Below are positions 56,621-64,000 of a stretch of 64,000 nucleotides of DNA, in pieces. Source of the stretch: a virus. Position 1 is the first letter of the stretch; each line of letters opens with the position of its first letter. The stretch covers positions 1-64,000 of IMG/VR virus record IMGVR_UViG_3300025132_000022, one strand, 5' to 3'. The notes beneath the pieces are model-generated. The model saw only the letters and a list, made by a program, of their open reading frames with translations. It searched no databases and was not told the DNA's origin. The translations under genes and the position numbers were made by a program.

Positions 56621-58897
56621 TTATGAAATCGTACCAGATAGATACTGAACGACCAAAATATCATCAGAATCCATGGTAAGACTCTCGTGCAACTCGATTG
56701 TTACAGGACCATTGCTACTGTTGTAGTCAATGGTATAGTCACCGTCGACTGGTGGGCGCTGCGCTGCTGGAGCAGGGATCAAAAGTACACCATTTAGATA
56801 TACCATCTCAGAACCAGACATGATAATCGTTGGATTACCAGCAGATGTTGCAAGTGATGCTGTCGTGTAGAGAGAACCAGAACCCTGAGTAGGTGCTGCT
56901 GCTCTGTTTGCCACTGTTGCATCTCTAGAGAATACCTGCCTCTTGTGACCTACACTCAAAACACCGTTGGCGAAGTTCAAACCACCATGACCATTGTCAA
57001 TATCATAAACAATGTCTCTGTTCAAGTTAGCTGCCTTTACAACGTCTGTTGTAACGATAACACCAACTTCAAGTTTGTCTGTGTCTACGGTGTGTGCATC
57101 AAGGATCGAACCTGAAATAACATCAGAAGTTACCTTGTGAATCGTAGCGGTTCCAGAACCTGAAATTGCTGACGTAACGTCAAGGTCTCTAACCTCTGCC
57201 TTGTCAGTGTCGAGCGTGTGCGCATCGACGGTCGATCCAGAGATAACACCAGTGAATGTCGCCGATGTACCATCAAGGTCGTTCACAGTTGCCTTATCTG
57301 TATCTGTGGTATGTACCGAAATGGTAGAACCAGAGATCGTTGTAAAGGCAGCAGATGTACCATCAAGATCAAGAATGCTTGCCTGATCTGCGTCAATTTC
57401 ATGATACTGAACCAAGGTACCTGATAGGTTGTGGAATGTACCTTGAGAACCAGAGAACGATGTCGCTGTCAATCCCTTAGCAACGTCCAATTCCTGGAAA
57501 ATACCTACTGACGCTGAAAGCGTACCAGATACACCAAAGAGGACTGCGTCATTCTTTCTACCACCGTTAGTTGAAAGCGAAAGACCTTGTGTAGATCCAA
57601 TCTTGAAAAGAAGATCTGCACCTGCGCCTCCGCCTGCGTTACCTAAGATCACGCTTGCGACGCCTGCTGAACCAGATCCTGCCGTACCACCGATTTGAAG
57701 ACCAGCGCCCTCAAGAGCGTCGCCTGCTGAACCTGATGCTGCTGCAATAATCTGCTTATTAGCAATTTCAAAATGCTCTGAAGTTGTAATACTAGATTTG
57801 TAAGTTCTTGCATCGAGTTGATCTACAACCAACTTGTGGAACTTACCAGACGAACCAGAAAGATCATTAGCAGTCACAACATGAAGATTTGACGTACCTG
57901 ATGATGTAATGTTTGTAGCAACCACCTTACGGAAATCACCTTCATCACCGTCAATCTTGTGAAAGAGTGACGTGCCAGAAGACGTAACTACTGTTGCAAT
58001 TGCCTTGCGGAAATCACCCTCGTCAGCATCCAACTTGTGGATTGTTGAAGTTCCTGAACCAGTGAATACAGTTGCAATCGCCTTGTTGAACGTACCTTCA
58101 TCAACGTCTGCTTTGTGAACATGAATATTGTTTGAAGCAGAAAGATTAGTTGTCTTGATTACGTTAAAAGTACCCTCATCTACATCCACTTTGTGAATTG
58201 ATGCTGTACCAGAACCAGTGATTGTAGTAGCAACAAGTTTTCTAGTGTCTACTTCGTTTGCATCCAACTTGTGAATTGTTGAAGTTCCTGAACCAGAAAT
58301 TTGATTTGCATATACATACTGGAATCTTCTACCTGCTGCACCAAGATTTAGTCCCAAATCTGTTGCTGGTTGAAGTGCTGTTGCAGTGAGTTCCAACTCG
58401 TCAGAACCATTGATATTGAATGAAAGTGTTGTCTTAGCATTCACTGTAAGTCCAGTTTTAGAGTCTGCGTAGATCTCGCCCGTAGAACCTGAAATAGCAG
58501 TGTATGCGAACACCACCTTACCACCATCAGACGCAGTCAGGTGTACACCGTCAGTCCTGATTTTAGAAATTGCATCCATTGCGTTGGTACCGCCTGCGCC
58601 GTGGAACTGAATGTGCCCCTCGTCACCGACTGCTGCGTTTGACGCAGATACTGCTGCCTTGAGATGTGCGAACGTTACCGTCCTCATACCACCGCCGTCG
58701 CCCTTTGATGCGGAAACGATCAAGACGTCCGCATCTTCAAGATGTGCAACGTCGTTTCTTGCCTGAAACAGGTCTAAGTGACCAACTTGAACTGAACCTG
58801 ATTGAATTTTGTCTCTCGTGATTACCGACGTGCTAAGTTTTGCAGTGGTAATCGCGGAATCGGCCAAGAGTTTTGTGCCTATTTTTGTTTTAGCCAT
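56621..58897 (-). CDS. fibre/whisker-like structural protein (short paralog)
   Basis: DSAITTAKL N-terminus; same repeats and C-terminal domain as 52929-56534. Confidence 0.75.
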   Translation of the reverse strand: MAKTKIGTKLLADSAITTAKLSTSVITRDKIQSGSVQVGHLDLFQARNDVAHLEDADVLIVSASKGDGGGMRTVTFAHLKAAVSASNAAVGDEGHIQFHGAGGTNAMDAISKIRTDGVHLTASDGGKVVFAYTAISGSTGEIYADSKTGLTVNAKTTLSFNINGSDELELTATALQPATDLGLNLGAAGRRFQYVYANQISGSGTSTIHKLDANEVDTRKLVATTITGSGTASIHKVDVDEGTFNVIKTTNLSASNNIHVHKADVDEGTFNKAIATVFTGSGTSTIHKLDADEGDFRKAIATVVTSSGTSLFHKIDGDEGDFRKVVATNITSSGTSNLHVVTANDLSGSSGKFHKLVVDQLDARTYKSSITTSEHFEIANKQIIAAASGSAGDALEGAGLQIGGTAGSGSAGVASVILGNAGGGAGADLLFKIGSTQGLSLSTNGGRKNDAVLFGVSGTLSASVGIFQELDVAKGLTATSFSGSQGTFHNLSGTLVQYHEIDADQASILDLDGTSAAFTTISGSTISVHTTDTDKATVNDLDGTSATFTGVISGSTVDAHTLDTDKAEVRDLDVTSAISGSGTATIHKVTSDVISGSILDAHTVDTDKLEVGVIVTTDVVKAANLNRDIVYDIDNGHGGLNFANGVLSVGHKRQVFSRDATVANRAAAPTQGSGSLYTTASLATSAGNPTIIMSGSEMVYLNGVLLIPAPAAQRPPVDGDYTIDYNSSNGPVTIELHESLTMDSDDILVVQYLSGTIS

Positions 58898-58970
58898 TTT
58901 AATTGCTCCTTAAATGTATTGTTATTTTTTTACACGAACAAAAACCAAACAGCATATAAAACGGACTGGT

Positions 58971-59186
58971 TTATGAGAAGAGAACCTTCTTTAAATTTCT
59001 AACGTTATTATCAAACTTACAAAACTCAGAATTCAAAAACTCTAACGAAAGAGCTTGGCACTCACCCAACCGATCATCAAACTCAAAATGAAACTTTCCT
59101 GAATCTAACCGCCTACATCTAATCAGGTTAATACCCTTCAACTGTAAGTAAGCGGCGATCCCTATATCAGATGTTGTAAAATTCAT
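58971..59186 (-). CDS. DUF5659-like small protein
   Basis: FTTSDIGIAAYL...G...F.F.F pattern; CTANTTA at 59209-59215. Confidence 0.7.
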   Translation of the reverse strand: MNFTTSDIGIAAYLQLKGINLIRCRRLDSGKFHFEFDDRLGECQALSLEFLNSEFCKFDNNVRNLKKVLFS

Positions 59187-59218
59187 ACTATATTATACCT
59201 CTCTCACCTAAATAGTGC

Positions 59219-59650
59219 CTACTGCTTAACAAATGCTAGATTTCCTGACCCAGCTTCATCTAATTCTAGTGTATATCCTGCATTTGGGTCCAATGAGTAC
59301 CTTTCTCTGAGTTCTTGGACAAATTTTTCGTTATTTTCACGAACATTTTCAATTTCTTCAAGTTTTAAGAGTTTCTGCACTTCATGATCCCTCATGTAAA
59401 CACCGTATTCTGTGAGTCTTGAGTTGAGCAAATCCCTGTTTGCGAAGAACGTCTTCGTATCTGATGGTTCCAAAACAACATAAGAATCGTCAATCTCCTC
59501 CTCTTCAGTATCTGTCCACTCTTCCTCGATATCTTCTGGGTTTACGCCCGACTTCAGTGTCTCTGCGGCAAGCAATGCCTTATTTGCCAACTCTGGATTT
59601 TCTTCCTTTAACTCGTCCAGCATCCCTAATAATTTATTCAAAACTGACAT
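59219..59650 (-). CDS. hypothetical acidic protein
   Basis: SD AAGGAGG; CTANTTA at 59682-59688 in the upstream gene's end. Confidence 0.7.
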   Translation of the reverse strand: MSVLNKLLGMLDELKEENPELANKALLAAETLKSGVNPEDIEEEWTDTEEEEIDDSYVVLEPSDTKTFFANRDLLNSRLTEYGVYMRDHEVQKLLKLEEIENVRENNEKFVQELRERYSLDPNAGYTLELDEAGSGNLAFVKQ

Positions 59651-59664
59651 TCTCTACCTCCTTA

Positions 59665-60894
59665 TTAATCAGCAATATAACTAAATAGTATGTTTGCACC
59701 ATTTGCTGGCGCTTCTTCGAAAGTAACTGTTCTACTACTTAAAGTATAGTCGTTATCTGCTCCGACTCTCATCAATATTCCCTGGTTGAACACCATCAAA
59801 GTACCGTCAACAAACTGATCTGGTACAGTAAACTGCACTCTGTTGCCGTCTGCTGTTTCTGCTGGTACCTGGGCGACTTTATAGTTTGTCTTTGTCACAG
59901 CATCTGCGGAACTAACTCCACTCCCTCCCCCACTGCTTGCGCCGCTTGACACGGCAGATGTGGTCACTGCTCCTGGGTTCCTTCTTTGAGGATAATTAGC
60001 AATGTTGTCATCAATTCTGGATGTCAACAAGTCTGACTTTAATCCTTCCAGCCCGTACAATCTTCCATTGGCAGTATCTAGATCATCAGCAGTAACTATC
60101 CTCTCTCTTGGTATTTTGACCTCTACTATATTCTCTCTAATGGATAAATTTGGTTGCAATCGATTTGCACCCTCGCCTGTCAACCAACCAAGGACTTCAA
60201 TATTTATTTTAGTTTCAAACTTTCTCTCCTCGTTAGAGAAACTACTGATATTGTTGCTTTGTGAAAAACTTTCCTGAACGAATGCTTCGTATCTTAATCT
60301 GCCTTCTTCTATGATTACATAGTTTATGCCACCTGGTCTCGTTATGAACGGGGTGACGACCTGGTTCATTTGTTGTTGATACTCTGTTCTTAGTGTTATT
60401 TCATACTCGACTGTCACATAGACTGGCAGGGGTATCGTTAAAGTCTCATAGACTACTTTGCTGTTTTTGCGTGGAAAGTTTAGTTGCCCCGCTCGCTTCA
60501 TCATTGATGAGTTTGCAAAGTTGGCAGTCTTATCCTGCTTTATTCTCCTGGATACGGATATCGAACCTCCTCTAACTCTGTCAATTGGAGGAATGTTTGC
60601 ATAGACAGTTCCTTTGCGGGACGGATCCTTAGTTACATTGGTTCTCTCTATTGTTATGATCGGTAAAATTAGCGTTCCTTCGGCATCCCTGAATCTGCTG
60701 TCCTTCTTACTTAGAAACATTCTCTCAGCAGATGTCCAGACAACTGGCACTTTCTTGAACCCATTCGAAGTTATACACCTGATGTCCAACGTTTCGTTAA
60801 TAAACTTGTGCATCGCCAAATCTACAGTCTCAATCGTAGATGGAGGAAAGGGTATGTCTTCAATTCTGCGAGATTTTGTTACTGATAATACCAT
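59665..60894 (-). CDS. tail completion/terminator-like protein (gp15-like, paralog 2) with C-terminal beta-sandwich
   Basis: IE.VD.AM..F, KVPV...SAER, LILP.ITIER, IPLP.Y....Y.I..RTEYQQQMN. Confidence 0.7.
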   Translation of the reverse strand: MVLSVTKSRRIEDIPFPPSTIETVDLAMHKFINETLDIRCITSNGFKKVPVVWTSAERMFLSKKDSRFRDAEGTLILPIITIERTNVTKDPSRKGTVYANIPPIDRVRGGSISVSRRIKQDKTANFANSSMMKRAGQLNFPRKNSKVVYETLTIPLPVYVTVEYEITLRTEYQQQMNQVVTPFITRPGGINYVIIEEGRLRYEAFVQESFSQSNNISSFSNEERKFETKINIEVLGWLTGEGANRLQPNLSIRENIVEVKIPRERIVTADDLDTANGRLYGLEGLKSDLLTSRIDDNIANYPQRRNPGAVTTSAVSSGASSGGGSGVSSADAVTKTNYKVAQVPAETADGNRVQFTVPDQFVDGTLMVFNQGILMRVGADNDYTLSSRTVTFEEAPANGANILFSYIAD

Positions 60895-60897
60895 GCC

Positions 60898-61743
60898 TTA
60901 CAACCCATACCTTGCCAACTCGTCAGGATCAACTATTGTCCTTTCTCTGGGTATCTTGACTTCTACCACTGTTTCGTTTATCGCCTTGTGTGGCGTTTCT
61001 TGATTTATGCCACTGCCGATCAAGTGTCCCAAAACTTTTATGTCGAATTTGGTCTCAAACTTTCTTTCCTCGTTGGAGAAGTTGCTTATGTTATTCTCAT
61101 GAGAATACTCCTGCTGAATAAACCCTTCGTACCTGTGGTTCTGATCTCTGATAATTATGTAGTTTATGCCGCCTGGAACTGTCATAAAGGGTACCACAAG
61201 GTCGTTCATTTGCTGCTGGTACTCCGTTCTAATGGTGATTTGATACATCACCGTAATGTAGATTGGCAACGGAATAGAGACCGTCTTATACACGGTTTTT
61301 TCAGTTTTATCTGGAAAGTTTAGTTGTCCCCTTTTTCGCAAAGCATGAGCGTTTTTATAATTCGAGGTCTTACCTTGAACGATTTTCTGCATAACTGGAA
61401 TCGTGCCACCCTTAACCTGGTCGGTTGATGGGATGTTTGCCCAAACGGTCCCCTTTTCGTTAGGACTCTTGATCATCGAAGTCCTCTCTATCGTCATGAT
61501 GGGCATAATCAGTGCGCCTTCATCGTCTCTAACTCTATTGTCTTTCTTGCTGAGTGCTGATCTTTCCGCTGAGACCATTAGGACTGGGACTTTTTTCATG
61601 CCGCTGGGACTATTCGTGTGCAAATTCATCTGTTCGTCCACAAACTTATACATCGCAGCGTCTATGTTCTCTATCCTAGAGTCAAACACTCGCTTTCCTT
61701 CGTATTCATTTAACGGTTTGCTAAAAGGTTTATGACGTTCCAT
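60898..61743 (-). CDS. tail completion/terminator-like protein (gp15-like, paralog 1)
   Basis: Same motifs as the adjacent paralog; follows the neck genes. Confidence 0.7.
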   Translation of the reverse strand: MERHKPFSKPLNEYEGKRVFDSRIENIDAAMYKFVDEQMNLHTNSPSGMKKVPVLMVSAERSALSKKDNRVRDDEGALIMPIMTIERTSMIKSPNEKGTVWANIPSTDQVKGGTIPVMQKIVQGKTSNYKNAHALRKRGQLNFPDKTEKTVYKTVSIPLPIYITVMYQITIRTEYQQQMNDLVVPFMTVPGGINYIIIRDQNHRYEGFIQQEYSHENNISNFSNEERKFETKFDIKVLGHLIGSGINQETPHKAINETVVEVKIPRERTIVDPDELARYGL

Positions 61744-62221
61744 TGAATAGTCCCTCTCTCGCCTTTATGCACTCTGCGGTTATCTCCATCATGTGCTCTC
61801 TTTGACCAAAAATCTGCCTTGGTTCGTTCAAGGTCGCAATCTCATAATACGTTTCGCCATATAGGACGAAATCACCCTCCCTAACAAACAAGTTCTGATC
61901 TTCGGTCAGTCTTCTCTTATGAAAGTGGACCATGATCTTTGATTTTCTATCTACCCCAAGATTGGTTGTCTCTGTCTCGTAACCTTGCCACTCCACAAGA
62001 GCGTGAACCATGATTGGATTTAAAAAAGTCTTGTTCAGTGCTTCGCCATAGATGGGATGAAAGTTGGTCTCTTCAATGGAAACGGGATAGTAGACAATCT
62101 GCTGCCCAATCACTCTTTCGACGACTTCGTCACTAACCTGCTTTACAAGATCGCGTTCTTTTTTACCCGTAAAAAGAGGTGGTGGTGGTGCGTCTGGTTG
62201 GTTCCATTTGTTATCACCCAT
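61730..62221 (-). CDS. neck/head-closure protein (gp14-like)
   Basis: IGQ.I.YY, IYGE...K.F..P, EGDF..YG..YYEI. Confidence 0.75.
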   Translation of the reverse strand: MGDNKWNQPDAPPPPLFTGKKERDLVKQVSDEVVERVIGQQIVYYPVSIEETNFHPIYGEALNKTFLNPIMVHALVEWQGYETETTNLGVDRKSKIMVHFHKRRLTEDQNLFVREGDFVLYGETYYEIATLNEPRQIFGQREHMMEITAECIKAREGLFNGTS

Positions 62222-62227
62222 ACTTTA

Positions 62228-63481
62228 TCACCCCACGTATACCGAATATGGTATCCTTTGTAAAACTTTTTCTGATGCGTCAACTGCTGCTGCTTCTTGT
62301 TCCGCTATCTTCTGATAGGTTAATTCAGCGAGTGTAGACTTCAACTCTTCTCTAAGTGAGTTCTGCTCTTCTTTTCCTTGCGATACTAGGTCTGAACCAT
62401 TTAGTGTCACACTGTCACCTGGAATCGGTAATGATGCAAATTTCGACCTAACCTGTCCCAAGGTTTCCTTGGATAGCGCCAGTGCAAACCTTCTAATCCA
62501 TTGCTTACCTATCGAATTTATAGTATCGTACGGCAAATTAGAGAATGGCAATGTATTCATGTTGTTGACGCCTTCCAACTCACCTCGACCATTGCTGTCA
62601 TCCTCTAGGTTTGACGAAGGCACAGAGAACTCAACCCACATCTTCGTGGGTCCTCCAGAATACGGACATGGAAAAAGTCTTATTTTATTATTCCTTAACT
62701 CGTATGACCAGTGGGACATTCTAGTGTATATCGCATCCTCAAAAGCAAGCGCTTGAGACTTGTTTTGCCATGATGGTACAAGTTGAAAAGTGGAATCATC
62801 TGAAAATTGTCCATAATTGTGGAAATTACCAACCACATTCAGTCCGCCGTAGTACCCATAGAATCTCCACATTGCACTGGGCGTCTTGTAATACACTTTC
62901 TTGATCAGTACTCTTTTGCCATTGATCTTGCCAGTGTATGGTTTGCCCGTCTCAGAAGAAATTATGTCTTGTAAATCATAGTCCTGCTGTCCCACAGTGA
63001 CATCAAACGACGCGGAGTACTGTACGGAATCTTTAAGTCCTATCTCGGAACCCATCCTCTCTGACACTCTTCTTGACATACCGTAATCGAACTTTGGATA
63101 CTTAAGACTACCAGATGCTGCGCCAGAAGTTAATTCACCCTTGTGATCGAAGGTTCCCGTTGCATGACCCAAGAAACTGGGTAAGGCGTTGTTTGCCTGA
63201 TGTACATTGATAAGATATGAATACTCAAGCACCGCTTCTTCATATGAAGCGTAAATATTCCCGTCCGACAATTCAATATCTAAAACGTCGCCGCCTAATT
63301 TCTTATACGTATATGCAACCTGGTCTACTGCACCAGATACAAAATTGCCTGAAAAGAGCGTACTGGTGTTGTCAGAATAAATTTTATATGGTAATAGTCT
63401 GTTTACGTTACCGTGACTTCCAGTTTCTGGTAAGATGCTCTTACTAGAATTACTAGCAGGTCTCAAATTTGGTAAAGCCAT
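62228..63481 (-). CDS. neck/head-tail adaptor protein (gp13-like)
   Basis: KLGG.VLDIEL, WIRRFALAL.KE.LG.VR.KF..PIPG..VTLNG; SD GGAGG; CTANTTA at 63503-63509. Confidence 0.85.
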   Translation of the reverse strand: MALPNLRPASNSSKSILPETGSHGNVNRLLPYKIYSDNTSTLFSGNFVSGAVDQVAYTYKKLGGDVLDIELSDGNIYASYEEAVLEYSYLINVHQANNALPSFLGHATGTFDHKGELTSGAASGSLKYPKFDYGMSRRVSERMGSEIGLKDSVQYSASFDVTVGQQDYDLQDIISSETGKPYTGKINGKRVLIKKVYYKTPSAMWRFYGYYGGLNVVGNFHNYGQFSDDSTFQLVPSWQNKSQALAFEDAIYTRMSHWSYELRNNKIRLFPCPYSGGPTKMWVEFSVPSSNLEDDSNGRGELEGVNNMNTLPFSNLPYDTINSIGKQWIRRFALALSKETLGQVRSKFASLPIPGDSVTLNGSDLVSQGKEEQNSLREELKSTLAELTYQKIAEQEAAAVDASEKVLQRIPYSVYVG

Positions 63482-63546
63482 TATTAGTCCTCCGTGCTTA
63501 AGTAAATAGTCTCAAACTTAACAAAACGCTAGGACTTCAAATTTCT

Positions 63547-63945
63547 TTATGCTTCTGCAGTCTTCTTTGCGGACCTTTTTCTCGTAGTTGTTTTGCGAGC
63601 AGGGGTAGTGCTTTTGGTAGTCGTAGTTGTTTTTCTACGTCTAGTCTGTTTCTTCTTGGGAGGCGGCGGAGCAACTTCTTGCACCTCTGGTTCCTCTACT
63701 TGAAGAAGTTCTAGTTCTGGTTGTGGTTCCCAGGGTGGAGTAATTTCTTTCTTCTCCACTGCGGGTTCGTTTACAACAACCTGTACCTGCTCTTCCTCTT
63801 TAACTTCCTCACTGGTGTTCATGTCAATTGTAACAACACCATTTGTGACATTGTGGCGAGCATTAAAACCCAAAGTCTCCCTCTTGAGAGCATACTTTCT
63901 AGCATACTTGCCTTTCATCATTCTTTTTTTACGTTTACCCATCAT
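63547..63945 (-). CDS. hypothetical protein with basic Lys/Thr-rich tail
   Basis: SD AGGAG; CTANTTA at 63976-63982; PPPPKKKQTRRRKTTTTTK tail. Confidence 0.65.
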   Translation of the reverse strand: MMGKRKKRMMKGKYARKYALKRETLGFNARHNVTNGVVTIDMNTSEEVKEEEQVQVVVNEPAVEKKEITPPWEPQPELELLQVEEPEVQEVAPPPPKKKQTRRRKTTTTTKSTTPARKTTTRKRSAKKTAEA

Positions 63946-64000
63946 TAAACTCCTTTAACTAAAACGATCATACTATAACTAGGTTGAAAATATAGAAAAA

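Noticed and set aside
52929-58897. Diversity-generating retroelement or invertible cassette between the fibre paralogs
   Set aside because: Differences are mostly synonymous third-position changes rather than adenine-specific; no reverse transcriptase, invertase or inverted repeats seen.
36626-63481. Bacterial contractile injection system or tailocin rather than phage
   Set aside because: Neck (head-joining) genes and a contiguous full phage replication module indicate a complete myovirus.

Overview
A 64-kb segment of a large (jumbo/huge) myovirus-type phage genome in the standard genetic code. Every supportable gene lies on the minus strand; the + strand ORFs are shadow frames. In transcription order (high to low coordinates) it contains: (i) a neck/tail module (63.9-36.6 kb) with neck proteins, two paralogous tail-completion proteins, two paralogous fibre proteins, sheath, tube, a tail/baseplate chaperone with a probable frameshift, two paralogous tape-measure proteins and baseplate genes; (ii) a replication/nucleotide module (36.6-14 kb) with a minimal PolA, a divergent tubulin, Tdk, gp32-like SSB, RecA, 5'-3' exonuclease, DnaB-type helicase, class II RNR, ThyX, DnaE, dUTPase and GuaB, interspersed with host-type genes (IscA, PiT-like transporter, GroES, SLT, and a myxobacterial-type Cys-repeat/vWA lipoprotein); (iii) an accessory/proteostasis region (14-0 kb) with ClpP, GroEL, glutaredoxin, Hsp20, UvsE, an FKBP PPIase and many small proteins. 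Two promoter classes are visible: six near-consensus sigma70 promoters and a recurrent CTANTTA motif before structural genes. Most notable observations: CCGG was not found anywhere in the 64 kb on a manual scan, and the window encodes a small NgoMIV/Cfr10I-like (CCGG-family) nuclease-fold ORF; a ROSE-like RNA thermometer on hsp20; a pho-box-like repeat on the phosphate transporter; and systematic duplication of tail genes. All assignments come from motif recognition by eye, with no database searches.
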